Source: Eledone cirrhosa
Lineage: Eukaryota
Reading direction: 5' to 3'
Length of the DNA stretch: 64,000 nt
Assembly: GCA_964016885.1 (NCBI GenBank)
Contig: OZ024759.1
Span: 8,990,001-9,054,000 of the forward strand
The notes under the pieces are model-generated. The model saw nothing but the letters and a program-made list of their open reading frames with translations. It was not told where the DNA came from and searched no databases. Within the stretch, counting starts at the first letter, position 1. Every line of letters begins with the position of its first letter. Position numbers and translations under genes: made by a program. This document shows, in pieces, positions 25,315 to 39,388 of the stretch.

Positions 25315-28300
25315 TGGTGCTGGCAGGGTCATATAGATGTAGATGTGGGGGTGATGATGGTAACTATGGTGCTGGCAGGATCATATAGATATAGATGTGG
25401 GGGTGATGATGGTAACTATGGTGCTGGCAGGGTCATATAGATGTAGATGTGGGGGTGGTGATGGTAACTATGGTGCTGGCAGGGTCATATACATGTAGAT
25501 GTGGGGGTGATGATGGTAACTATGGTGCTGGCAGGGTCATATACATGTAGATGTGGGGGTGATGATGTTAACTATGGTGCTGGCAGGGTCATATAGATGT
25601 AGATGTGGGGGGGGTGATGGTAACTATGGTGCTGGCAGGGTCATATAGATGTAGATGTGGGGGTGGTGATGGTAACTATGGTGCTGGCAGGGTCATATAG
25701 ATGTAGATGTGGGGCTGGTGATGGTAACTGTGGTGCTGGCAGAGTCATATACATGTAGATGTGGGGGTGGTGATGGTAACTATGGTGCTGGCAGGGTCAT
25801 ATACATGTAGATGTGGGGGTGGTGATGGTAACTATGGTGCTGGCAGGGTCATATAGATGTAGATGTGGGGGTGGTGATGGTAACTATGGTGCTAGCAGGG
25901 TCATATAGATGTAGATGTGGGGGTGGTGATGGTAACTGTGGTGCTGGCAGGGTCATATAGATGTAGATGTGGGGGGGGGGGTGATGGTAACTATGGTGCT
26001 GGCAGGGTCATATAGATGTAGATGTGGGGGGGGTGATGATGGTAACTATGGTGCTGGCAGGGTCATATACATGTAGATGTGGGGGGGGGGGTGATGGTAA
26101 CTATGGTGCTGGCAGGGTCATATACATGTAGATGTGGGGGGTGATGATGGTAACTATGGTGCTGGCAGGGTCATATACATGTAGATGTGGGGGGTGATGA
26201 TGGTAACTATGGTGCTGGCAGGGTCATATAGATGTAGATGTGGGGGTGGTGATGGTAACTATGGTGCTGGCAGGGTCATATACATGTAGATGTGGGGGGT
26301 GATGATGGTAACTATGGTGCTGGCAGGGTCATATACATGTAGATGTGGGGGGTGATGATGGTAACTATGGTGCTGGCAGGGTCATATAGATGTAGATGTG
26401 GGGGTGGTGATGGTAACTGTGGTGCTGGCAGGGTCATATAGATGTAGATGTGGGGGTGGTGATGGTAACTATGGTGCTGGCAGGGTCATATACATGTAGA
26501 TGTGGGGGGTGATGATGGTAACTATGGTGGTGGTAGGGTCATATACATGTAGATGTGGGGGGGGGTGATGGTAACTGTGGTGCTGGCAGGGTCATATAGA
26601 TGTAGATGTGGGGGTGATGATGGTAACTATGGTGCTGGCAGGGTCATATAGATGTAGATGTGGGGGTGGTGATGGTAACTATGGTGCTGGCAGGGTCATA
26701 TAGATGTAGATGTGGGGGTGGTGATGGTAACTATGGTGCTGGCAGGGTCATATAGATGTAGATGTGGGGGGGGTGATGGTAACTGTGGTGCTGGCAGGGT
26801 CATATAGATGTAGATGTGGGGGTGGTGATGGTAACTATGGTGCTGGCAGGGTCATATAGATGTAGATGTGGGGGGTGATGATGGTAACTATGGTGCTGGC
26901 AGGGTCATATAGATGTAGATGTGGGGGTGGTGATGGTAACTATGGTGCTGGCAGGGTCATATAGATGTAGATGTGGGGGTGGTGATGGTAACTGTGGTGC
27001 TGGCAGGGTCATACACATGTAGATGTGGGGGTGATGATGGTAACTATGGTGCTGGCAGGGTCATATAGATGTAGATGTGGGGGGTGATGATGGTAACTAT
27101 GGTGCTGGCAGGGTCATATAGATGTAGATGTGGGGGTGGTGATGGTAACTGTGGTGCTGGCAGGGTCATACACATGTAGATGTGGGGGTGATGATGGTAA
27201 CTATGGTGCTGGCAGGGTCATATAGATGTAGATGTGGGGGGTGATGATGGTAACTATGGTGCTGGCAGGGTCATACACATGTAGATGTGGGGGTGATGAT
27301 GGTAACTATGGTGCTGGCAGGGTCATATAGATGTAGATGTGGGGGTGGTGATGGTAACTATGGTGCTGGCAGGGTCATATAGATGTACATGTGGGGGTGG
27401 TGCTGGCAGGGTCATATAGATGTAGATGTGGGGGGTGATGATGGTATCTGTGGTGCTGGCAGGGTCATATAGATGTAGATGTGGGGGTGGTGATGGTAAC
27501 TATGGTGCTGGCAGGGTCATATAGATGTAGATGTGGGGGGTGATGATGGTAACTATGGTGCTGGCAGGGTCATATAGATGTAGATGTGGGGGTGGTGATG
27601 GTAACTATGGTTCTGGCAGGGTCATATAGATGTAGATGTGGGGGTGGTGATGGTATCTGTGGTGCTGGCAGGGTCATATAGATGTAGATGTGGGGGTGAT
27701 GATGGTAACTATGGTGCTGGCAGGGTCATATAGATGTAGATGTGGGGGGTGATGATGGTAACTATGGTGCTGGCAGGGTCATATAGATGTAGATGTGGGG
27801 GTGGTGATGGTAACTGTGGTGCTGGCAGGGTCATACACATGTAGATGTGGGGGTGATGATGGTAACTATGGTGCTGGCAGGGTCATATAGATGTAGATGT
27901 GGGGGTGATGATTGTAACTATGGTGCTGGCAGGGTCATATAGATGTAGATGTGGGGGGTGATGATGGTAACTATGGTGCTGGCAGGGTCATATAGATGTA
28001 GATGTGGGGGTGGTGATGGTAACTGTGGTGCTGGCAGGGTCATACACATGTAGATGTGGGGGTGATGATGGTAACTATGGTGCTGGCAGGGTCATATAGA
28101 TGTAGATGTGGGGGGTGATGATGGTAACTATGGTGCTGGCAGGGTCATATAGATGTAGATGTGGGGGGTGATGATGGTAACTATGGTGCTGGCAGGGTCA
28201 TATAGATGTAGATGTGGGGGTGGTGATGGTAACTGTGGTGCTGGCAGGGTCATACACATGTAGATGTGGGGGTGATGATGGTAACTATGGTGCTGGCAGG

Positions 28301-30645
28301 GTCATATAGATGTAGATGTGGGGGGTGATGATGGTAACTATGGTGCTGGCAGGGTCATATAGATGTAGATGTGGGGGTGATGATGGTAACTATGGTGCTG
28401 GCAGGGTCATATAGATGTAGATGTGGGGGGTGATGATGGTAACTATGGTGCTGGCAGGGTCATACACATGTAGATGTGGGGGTGATGATGGTAACTATGG
28501 TGCTGGCAGGGTCATATAGATGTAGATGTGGGGGTGGTGATGGTAACTATGGTGCTGGCAGGGTCATATAGATGTACATGTGGGGGTGGTGCTGGCAGGG
28601 TCATATAGATGTAGATGTGGGGGGTGATGATGGTAACTATGGTGCTGGCAGGGTCATATAGATGTAGATGTGGGGGGTGATGATGGTAACTATGGTGCTG
28701 GCGGGGTCATATAGATGTAGATGTGGGGGTGGTGATGGTAACTATGGTGCTGGCAGGGTCATATAGAAGTAGATGTGGGGGTGGTGATGGTAACTATGGT
28801 GCTGGCAGGGTCATATAGATGTAGATGTGGGGGTGGTGATGGTAACTATGGTGCTGGCAGGGTCATATAGATGTAGATGTGGGGGTGGTGATGGTAACTA
28901 TGGTGCTGGCAGGGTCATATAGATGTAGATGTGGGGGTGGTGATGGTAAATGTGGTGCTGGCAGGGTCATATACATGTAGATGTGGGGGTGGTGATGGTA
29001 ACTATGGTGCTGGCAGGGTCATATACATGTAGATGTGGGGGTGGTGATGGTAACTATGGTGCTGGCAGGGTCATATATATGTAGATGTGGGGGTGGTGAT
29101 GGTAACTATGGTGCTGGCAGGGTCATATACATGTAGATGTGGGGGTGGTGATGGTAACTATGGTGCTGGCAGGGTCATATAGATGTAGATGTGGGGGTGG
29201 TGATGGTAACTATGGTGCTGGCAGGGTCATATAGATGTAGATGTGGGGGTGATGATGGTAACTATGGTGCTGGCAGGGTCATATACATGTAGATGTGGGG
29301 GTGGTGATGGTAACTATGGTGCTGGCAGGGTCATATACATGTAGATGTGGGGGTGGTGATGGTAACTATGGTGCTGGCAGGGTCATATACATGTAGATGT
29401 GGGGGTGGTGATGGTAACTATGGTGCTGGCAGGGTCATATACATGTAGATGTGGGGGTGATGATGGTAACTATGGTGCTGGCAGGGTCATATAGATGTAG
29501 ATGTGGGGGTGATGATGGTAACTGTGGTGCTGGCAGGGTCATATAGATGTAGATGTGGGGGTGATGATGGTAACTATGGTGCTGGCAGGGTCATATACAT
29601 GTAGATGTGGGGGTGGTGATGGTAACTATGGTGCTGGCAGGGTCATATAGATGTAGATGTGGGGGTGGTGATGGTAACTGTGGTGCTGGCAGGGTCATAT
29701 ACATGTAGATGTGGGGGTGGTGATGGTAACTATGGTGCTGGCAGGGTCATATAGATGTAGATGTGGGGGTGGTGATGGTAACTATGGTGCTGGCAGGGTC
29801 ATATAGATGTAGATGTGGGGGTGGTGATGGTAACTGTGGTGCTGGCAGGGTCATATACATGTAGATGTGGGGGTGGTGATGGTAACTATGGTGCTGGCAG
29901 GGTCATATACATGTAGATGTGGGGGGGGGGTGATGGCAACTGTGGTGCTGGCAGGGTCATATAGATGTAGATGGGGGGGGTGGTGATGGTAACTGTGGTG
30001 CTGGCAGGGTCATATACATGTAGATGTGGGGGTGGTGATGGTAACTATGGTGCTGGCAGGGTCATATACATGTAGATGTGGGGGTGGTGATGGTAACTGT
30101 GGTGCTGGCAGGGTCATATACATGTAGATGTGGGGGTGATGATGGTAACTATGGTGCTGGCAGGGTCATATAGATGTAGATGTGGGGGTGGTGATGGTAA
30201 CTATGGTGCTGGCAGGGTCATATACATGTAGATGTGGGGGTGGTGATGGTAACTATGGTGCTGTCAGGGTCATATACATGTAGATGTGGGGGTGGTGATG
30301 GTAACTATGGTGCTGGCAGGGTCATATACATGTAGATGTGGGGGTGGTGATGGTAACTATGGTGCTGTCAGGGTCATATACATGTAGATGTGGGGGTGGT
30401 GATGGTAACTATGGTGCTGGCAGGGTCATATACATGTAGATGTGGGGGTGATGATGGTAACTATGGTGCTGGCAGGGTCATATAGATGTAGATGTAGGGG
30501 TGGTGATGGTAACTATGGTGCTGGCAGGGTCATATACATGTAGATGTGGGGGTGATGATGGTAACTATGGTGCTGGCAGGGTCATATAGATGTAGATGTG
30601 GGGGTGATGATGGTAACTATGGTGCTGGCAGGGTCATATAGATGT
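25315..30645. repeat. ~52-bp G-rich minisatellite, about 100 copies
   Basis: Unit ggtgctggcagggtcatatagatgtagatgtgggggtggtgatggtaactat, with a variable-length G run. Confidence 0.96.
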
Positions 30646-31725
30646 ATAATTAATCATTTTAACAAATCCTTCAAAATTCTTCATTAATTAATTGAAATAG
30701 AAATACTGTCACAGAAGGGTTAGAGTTTCTATTTAAACTTTAATCTTCCAACATGATTTAATGTAAGAACTATATCTTCATTGGGAAAATAATGAATACC
30801 TGTAGTAAATTGCTCTAAATTCTTCATTAACCCTTTTGATATCCACCTGGATAAAACATCCCTGGTTCTATGAAAAAAAAAATCACATTTTAAAATGTTC
30901 TTATTTAAATGAAAAGTTTCCAACATAATTTTGTGTAGGGCCCTTCAGTTGCATCAAGGATATGACAACTTCCCTAGTATTGATGATCTACATGGTAAAC
31001 TCCTCAAAAAACTACTGTAAATTGTTCGGTTATAGAAAGGGCATCCAGCCATAGAAGCTTGGATTGGGAGGACCTTTCAGTTGTGTCAAGGACATGACAG
31101 CCTCCCTAATGTTGGGATCGTCATCATCATTGTTTAATGTCCATGCTTGCCCCCAGTAAACACTGTAAAGTAGTTGGTGATTGGAAAGGCGTCCAGCTAT
31201 AGAAAGCTTACAAAACAAAGGGTAGGAGGACCCTTCAGTTGTGTCAAGGACATGACAGCCTCCCTAGTTCCATAATGAGATGCACTTGGTAGAACATGGG
31301 ACCATATGTAAGCAAGATGCAAACCCCTGGTCTGTCTGACGGGTCAATAGTCCTGCTTCAGCACTGACTCAGTCTGTGAAGACATGTCCAACCCATGCTA
31401 GCTGGGAAAGTTAAGTTACTATCTTAGCATTGAAATAATTAATAATTTTAGTAAATCACTCAAACTTTTTCATTAATTAATTGAAATAGACGCCGAGGTT
31501 GACTTTGCCTTTCATCCTTACGGGGTCGATAAAATAAAGTACCAGTAATACACTGGGTAATTGCTGGCCTGGTGCCTAAAGTAGAAACAATTAATTAATT
31601 GAAATAGAATATATTTCATTGGAAATATGGTTAGGAAAGGATGTTTTTTATATTTGACTTTCAGTCCTCACAAATATGATTTCCTATAGCTTTAAGAGGA
31701 TGTTTGATATTTCACCTGTCTACAG

Positions 31726-31846
31726 GTATTTGCTGAAAATATGGTGACTAATGTTGGTCTGGCATCAACTGGAAGCAATGCAAGTGTTGTTGAATTCACT
31801 GTAGTTACCAAAGATGTTGATGACATCCCATTGCAGTTTCATAACA
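31726..31846 (+). CDS. Cadherin exon 7 (phase 0-1)
   Basis: ctacag|GTA ... A|gtaagt. Encodes VFAENMVT...VEFTVVTKDVDDIPLQFHN. Confidence 0.88.
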
Positions 31847-31903
31847 GTAAGTACAAAAACTATCTGTTCCTATGTAAAAGCTACCAATATGAGAAAGACA
31901 GAG

Positions 31904-31959
<56 letters not shown>

Positions 31960-32104
31960 GACAACTATAACACAGCTGGTCTTAACTTATCTCTCTCTCT
32001 CGTTCTCTCTCTCTCTCTTTCTCACTCTCTCTCTCTTTCTCACTCCTCTCACTCTCTCTGTCTTTTCTTTCTGACTAGTATGATGTACTAGATACTTCTC
32101 CAAG

Positions 32105-33150
32105 TCCGCCATCACTAGTTCTATCTATATATAATATGACATGGTCCCCACCAACACCATCACTAGTTCTATATATAATATGACATGGTCCCCACCAACA
32201 CCATCACTAGTTCTATATATAATATGACATGGTCCCCACCAACACCATCACTAGTTCTATCTATCTATAATATGACATGGTCCCCACCAACACCATCACT
32301 AGTTCTATCTATATATAATATGATATGGTCCCCACCAACACCATCACTAGTTCTATATATAATATGACATGGTCCCCACCAACGCCATCACTAGTTCTAT
32401 CTATATATAATATGACATGGTCCCCACCAACACCATCACTAGTTCTATCTATATATAATATGACATGGTCCCCACCAACACCATCACTAGTTCTATATAT
32501 AATATGACATGGTTCCCACCACCGCCATCACTAGTTCTATATATATATAATATGATATGGTCCCCACCAACACCATCACTAGTTCTATATATAATATGAC
32601 ATGGTTCCCACCAACACCATCACTAGTTCTATATATAATATGACATGGTCCCCACCAACACCATCACTAGTTCTATCTATATATAATATGACATGGTCCC
32701 CACCAACACCATCACTAGTTCTATCTATATATAATATGACATGGTCCCCACCAACACCATCACTAGTTCTATCTATATATAATATGACATGGTCCCCACC
32801 AACACCATCACTAGTTCTATCTATATATAATATGACATGGTCCCCACCAACACCATCACTAGTTCTATCTATATATAATATGACATGGTCCCCACCAACA
32901 CCATCACTAGTTCTATCTATATATAATATGACATGGTCCCCACCAACACCATCACTAGTTCTATATATAATATGACATGGTTCCCACCACCGCCATCACT
33001 AGTTCTATATATATATAATATGATATGGTCCCCACCAACACCATCACTAGTTCTATATATAATATGACATGGTTCCCACCAACACCATCACTAGTTCTAT
33101 ATATAATATGACATGGTCCCCACCAACACCATCACTAGTTCTATCTATAT
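32105..33150. repeat. 44/48-bp minisatellite
   Basis: Unit tgacatggtccccaccaacaccatcactagttct(atct)atatataata. It resumes at 33517-33590 after a LINE fragment insertion. Confidence 0.93.
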
Positions 33151-34173
33151 ATACCACTTTGGAAGAAGAATCAGGATGGAGAGAGAGGTGCTGTACCCCA
33201 GCAAGTTTTATGAAAGGTGGGTGAAAGTGGCGAGAATGGCCCGAGTGAATGGGCATTCTCTCTATATCAGCCTGTAGGTTGAGGAAAAGGAGGAGGAGAG
33301 GAAAGGAGTACAAGCTCTTCGTACTCCTGGAGATGAGGGTTGCACATTTTTTTTCGGGGGTATGTGTTACCCATATAAACTGTCTCCTTCTATTGGGGAA
33401 AATCGACTAACTTTTAAATTCCATTTGTGATAACATTTTACACGTTTTTATTGTATGTAAACTTCCCCCTTTGTATTTGTCCCCTTCTTTTGTGCCCCTG
33501 TGGCTAATAAAGAAATATATCTATATATAATATGACATGGTCCCCACCAACACCATCACTAGTTCTATATATAATATGACATGGTTCCAACTTATGTAAG
33601 GAATATTAATATTGCCTAATTTCTGCACATGGTGGTTCCACTTGGACACCCACCAGCAGCAGATCAGAGTCATAGAAGCTGGTACATCGGTCCAGTTATC
33701 TCAAATTTCCCACCTATACAAAGTTGTCTTCCTCACTGATTAATGTATAAGTGTTCACTCTAATCAGTTGGGTTGGTTCGATAACCGGAACGTTGTTTAT
33801 ATATTGCCAAAGCTCTTTTGTCACACATTCTGTGACCTCCTCACTGACTAGGTTTTTATTTTGTGTGTCTCCCCTTTGTTGTGTCCTACACCATGTTGGT
33901 TTTTAGACACAAAAACAAGATGGTGTAGGACAGAACAAAGGGGAGAGATACATACATACTTTTTCTCAATAAATTTATTTCTGTTCCTTTTTCTTCTCAT
34001 TCTCTAACTTTCTATTTCATTTTCTCATTCTATCTTCTGATGAAGGACTAGTGTCTGAAACAAAAATACTCCTTTCCTACCATAACAAGTGTTAAACTAA
34101 TATATTTCTTCATTGTACTATATTGTTTGTTTTGTTGTTTCTGTTTACTTTTTTGCATACATATATTTTTCAG

Positions 34174-34271
34174 CTACATATATTGTGAGTGTTAAAGAAA
34201 ATGCCCAAGTCTCCAGTTTAGTCCTCACAGTTTCTGCTACCAACGCTCTGAAATATTCCATTGATAACAAG
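34174..34271 (+). CDS. Cadherin exon 8 (phase 1-0)
   Basis: tttcag|CT ... AAG|gtaaat. Encodes (T)TYIVSVKENAQVSSLVLTVSATNALKYSIDNK. Confidence 0.88.
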
Positions 34272-34709
34272 GTAAATATTTCAAAACTTTTCTCTTTTTT
34301 ATTCTGTTTTCCTTGCTAGGATGTGTTGGGCATGTTATCACTGACCAGCCAGTGGAACCGTTTCTTACCGCTAGGTGGGCCAAACATCTGATATATATCA
34401 TCCTCTGCTTTACTCTCTATATATTATCGTCACACAAACTCTAGGGAAATTATCATGCTCTTGGCATATCTGATGGACCTTCTTGGCCCTTTGTTTGGCA
34501 GGCTTTCTATGGCTATCAGTCCTTCCTGTCACCAACCATGTTACAGAGTGTACTGGATGGTCATTTATCATGCAGATCACCAACTCAAGGGAAGTTGTTA
34601 TGTCTATGTTACAGCTGAAAAGTCATCCCGACCCTTTGTTTGGGAAGTATTTTTATGTCTGGATGCCTTTCCACTTTACAGAGTGTACTGGGTTGCATAC
34701 CTACTAACA

Positions 34710-34892
34710 AAACCTTTTGATACCAACTTGCCTGAAATTGCCCCCACATTCTACAAACCTTTCATTATAATTTTATGTAAGAACCTTTAATGGTTCCAAT
34801 CACCAGCTTAATAAAATTCTTGATCATTTTCAAAATCATTCGAAAATCATAGGCAGTGTCTTTCATTAGAAATATAGCAACAAAAGGGTTAA
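34710..34892. mobile_element. MITE-like element (AACCYTTTTG...AAAGGGTTAA termini)
   Basis: Imperfect terminal inverted repeats. Related pieces at 30650-30930 and 31420-31640. Confidence 0.5.
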
Positions 34893-35778
34893 AGTGTTTA
34901 AATTTATCTAAAAAACCTTCTATTATAATTTCATGTAAGAATCTTAGTTGTGTTCCAAACACCAACTTGATAGCGAGACAGCTATATTAATAAATTCCTT
35001 CATATATTTTATTATTTGAAAATCCATAGCCAGTGTTATTCATTATGTATAAGATAAAAAAAGGATTAAAATGTTTATATTTATCTAAAACTTTCGGCAG
35101 AAGTAATGGAAACAACCATAGATGCATTTCCATCTTAAACGGTTCTGATGAGGAAGGTGTTTTCCTCTCGCTACGACCAGACTTTCAAACAGATATGTCG
35201 AAGCTAAATTCTAATTCTATTTTAAATTGAGCCAACTTATACAGCTTCGTATGCAAATGAAGTTAATCACCTCATTTACAAAGACGAAAAAACTATATAT
35301 TTTTGTCTGTTCCAAAGTCCAGTAGTAGCAAGAGGCAAACACCGTCCCAACGAAAACCATTTAAGTTCGAAATGCATCAAACTCCAGTGTTATTCATAGC
35401 TATGGCTTTCAAAATGTTTATTTATAAACATACTGTATTTCTTTAGATATATGAAGTTCACATATATATTTGTATACAGCTATGACGAAGCTAAATTCTA
35501 GTTATATATATATATCATATTTAAAAATATATAAAAATATATTAAAAAACATATATATATTCATAAATCTTTCTTCTCTCCAGCATTTTAAATATGATTT
35601 TGTGCTCTGCTTATTATACGATTGTTAAGCTATCTCTTTCCATCTAATTGCATGGCTCGCTAGTCTAACAACCTCTATGTATTGAGCACACTAACCTTCT
35701 CTCTACTGGCCAGTAATCCGCATAACTAATCGCCTTTCTCTCCTGATTAGCTTACTTACTTTTTACCTTGTTTATATA

Positions 35779-36168
35779 TCATCATCATCATTCATCATCA
35801 TTTTATGTCCGCTTTTCCCTGCTTGCAAGGGTGGGATGTGAACTGATTCTGGCTTGATTTCTACAGCTGGATGCCCTTCCTAACCCCAACCTCATTTACA
35901 GTGAGTGGTGGGTGCTTTTTTTCCGTGGCGGGGTTACACGTCCACTTTACAGTGTGGGCTGGGTGCTTTTTTTGCCATGGCACCTCCACAACCACTTTGC
36001 AGTGGAATGATAGGGACCCCAGTCCTATCATCTCATTTCTACAGCTGAGTAAACTGGAGCAATGTGAAATAAAGTGTCTTGCTCAAGGAAACAACACATC
36101 ATTCGCTCTTAGAATTAAACTCACAACCTTTCGATTGCGAGGCCAATGCTCTAACCACTAAGCCATGT

Positions 36169-36171
<3 letters not shown>
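35779..36171 (-). mobile_element. SINE family 1
   Basis: Same head, centre and tail as 1446-1788. Confidence 0.8.
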
Positions 36172-36219
<48 letters not shown>

Positions 36220-36687
36220 GTAAAGTTATATTTAAAATTGTTGGGTTACAACTAGTAAATATTTATAACTGATATAAAAGCACTCGACAAATATTTGGAG
36301 TATATTTACAATATTAAATAAATGGAAAACTATATTTATAAAACCATATTTATTTCATTATATATATTTCGGGGATATCATATTAACAATATGCTATGCC
36401 TTCATCAGACAAAATACAATATAAACAGTTTTATAGATAAATATATTCGACATACCGTAATAAACATCAACTTCATTTGAAGAGGTTTACGCTAGCAGTT
36501 ACTGCTAGCGTAAACCTCTTCAAATGAAGTTGATGTTTATTACGGTATGTCGAATATATTTATCTATAAAACTGTTTATATTGTATTTTGTCTGATGAAG
36601 GCATAGCATATTGTTAATATGATATCCCCGAAATATATATAATGAAATAAATATGGTTTTATAAATATAGTTTTCCATTTATTTAAT

Positions 36688-36693
<6 letters not shown>
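36220..36693. mobile_element. Fold-back element (pLTR family 1), third copy: ~385-bp palindrome centred on 36500
   Basis: Centre gctagcagt-t-actgctagc. Hammerhead motifs at 36352-36415(-) and 36585-36648(+). Extension 36220-36306. Confidence 0.82.
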
Positions 36694-36764
<71 letters not shown>

Positions 36765-36934
36765 CAAGCTGAGGATCCGATAAGGTTACACAACAGTTAG
36801 TTCACCACCCCAAGAACAATTATTTCACCTTAACGGATCCTCACCCCATAATGGACATGTCCATTACGACCTGAGGATCCGCTAAGGTGAAATAATTGTT
36901 CTCGGGGTGGTGAACTAACTGTTGTGTAACCACT
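36765..36934. mobile_element. Small fold-back element with CUGAGGA...GAAA hammerhead-like cores
   Basis: Arms 36784-36843 and 36872-36931; central palindrome taatggacatgtccatta; flanked by (TA)n. Confidence 0.6.
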
Positions 36935-36961
36935 TATATATATATATATATATATTCTATT

Positions 36962-38351
36962 CTAGGGCGGGTAAAATTCCTGAGATCCCTGGACGAGTTC
37001 TCTCCAGTCGTCTCTGTCCCTCAGTATCGCTGCCATTTTCTGCGTCTCCAACAGACCATTGTCTGTCCTTAGGGCATCAACATACGTTAACCTTGGTCTT
37101 CCTCTTCCAGTATGTCCATGTAGGGGCTCCCACAGGAGCACTGAGTGCAATGTCAACTCTGGATGTCGGTGAGCATGTCCAGCTAACCTCAGTCTCCTCT
37201 GTGTCACTTTTGAGCTGACTTTTGGGAGGCCCCCATACAGCTCTGAGTTTTTCATCCTCAGTGTATACTGACTAATGTTCAGAGCCATCCTCAGCATTCT
37301 TGTGTAGCACCCATCCACCATCAGGGATGACAGAGTTCTTTGAGATACTAGCTGGAGTGCTCCAGGGAGATACATTGGCTCCCTACCTTTTTATCATTGT
37401 AGTGAACTATTGTATGCACTGGAGAAACACTAGGACTCTGGCTTTACTGTAACACCGGCTCAGAGAAACACCAGGACTCTGGCTTTACTGTAACACCGGC
37501 TCAGATAAACACCAGGACTCTGGCTTTACTGTAACACCGGCTCAGAGAAACACCAGGACTCTGGCTCTACTGTAACACTGGCTCAGAGAAACACCAGGAC
37601 TCTGGCTTTACTGTAACACCGGCTCAGAGAAACACCAGGACTCTGGCTTTACTGTAACACCGGCTCAGAGAAACACCAGGACTCTGGCTTTACTGTAACA
37701 CCGGCTCAGAGAAACACCAGGACTCTGGCTCTACTGTAACACTGGCTCAGAGAAACACCAGGACTCTGGCTTTACTGTAACACTGGCTCAGAGAAACACC
37801 AGGACTCTGGCTTTACTGTAACACCAGCTCAGAGAAACACCAGGACTCTGGCTTTACTGTAACACTGGCTCAGAGAAACACCAGGACTCTGGCTTTACTG
37901 TAACACTGGCTCAGAGAAACACCAGGACTCTGGCTTTACTGTAACACTGGCTCAGAACAGGAGAGTTAAGGCGAAAAAAATATCAGATGAATTTGCTGAC
38001 GACATAGTTTTGGTGACAAATACAGTGAAGGAGGCAGAGGATTTGATGCAGGAGGTGGAGACTGTGTCAATGGGTGTGGGGGTGAGAATGAATGAGATTA
38101 AGACAAAGTATCTGGTAGAGAATGTTGAGAAGCCAGAGGAGATCACTAATGTAGGCGGGAAGCTGCTAGAATTGGTTGAGGACTTCTTGTATCTGGGAGC
38201 AAAGATTGGGAATATGGAAGATGATGTGGTTGAGAGGATGTGGAAGTCGGACCTTCGTAAAGACCTGAAAATCTGCCTCTTCATTGCTGTAGTGGAGTCT
38301 GTACTGCTGTACGGGTCTGAGACTTGGACTGACCAAGAAACTCACTCAGAT
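36962..38351 (-). mobile_element. RTE-like LINE family C with inverted 5' part (37324-38351 on +) and an internal 41-bp minisatellite
   Basis: - strand: MVDGCYTRMLRMALN...RRLRLAGH..LLWEP..GRGRPRLTY. + strand: GVLQGDTLAPYLF..FADDIVL..DFLYLG..VLLYGSETWT. Confidence 0.85.
37422..37955. repeat. 41-bp minisatellite, about 13 copies
   Basis: Unit gagaaacaccaggactctggctttactgtaacaccggctca. Confidence 0.95.
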
Positions 38352-38605
38352 ATATATATGTATACATACATATACACACACATATATATATATACATACA
38401 CACATATGTACATATACATACATATGCACACATACATACATATATACACACATATATACACAGATACATACATATAAATGCCCACAACAGGACAACTCGT
38501 TTAACCCATGCTAGCGTGGAAGAACGGACGTAAAACGGTGATGATGATGATGATGATGATGACAACACACACATATATCCATATATACATATATATACAT
38601 ATACA

Positions 38606-38950
38606 TACATCATCATCATCATCATCATTTTACGTCCACTTTTCCCTGCTTGCAAGGGTGGGACGGGAACTGATTCTGACTTGATTTCTACAGCTGGATG
38701 CCCTTCCTAACACCAACCTCATTTACAGTGAGTGGTGGGTGCTTTTTTGCCGTGGCACCTCCACGACCACTTTGCAGTGGAATGATATGGACCTCAGTCC
38801 CTATCATCTCATTTCTACAGCTGAGTAAACTGGAGCAATGTGAAATAAAGTGACTTGCTCAAGGAAACAACACATCACCCGGTCTGAGAATTGAACTCAC
38901 AACCTTTCGATTGCAAGCCCAATGCTCTAACCACTAAGCCATGTGCCTTC
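38606..38950 (-). mobile_element. SINE family 1
   Basis: Same as 1446-1788. Confidence 0.8.
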
Positions 38951-38952
38951 AT

Positions 38953-39192
<240 letters not shown>

Positions 39193-39341
39193 AGATCCCG
39201 GTAAGGGTGAAAGCAGCGATTCTTTGCTTAAACTTTAATCTGTTATTTTAATAAATAAATATATATATATACATATATATAGAGAGAGAGAGAGTGATAA
39301 AAGAAATCAAAGAACGCCTATATACTCAAACAATTTTTATT

Positions 39342-39388
39342 CGCTGACAATGTCTCATCCATACTGTGGGGCAGGAATCATCAGAGCG
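39342..39388 (-). ncRNA. Hammerhead motif (family 3-like) with core substitution GAAA>GAGA
   Basis: Minus strand: CGCU CUGAUGA UUCC..GGAU GAGA CAUUG UC AGCG. Confidence 0.55.
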
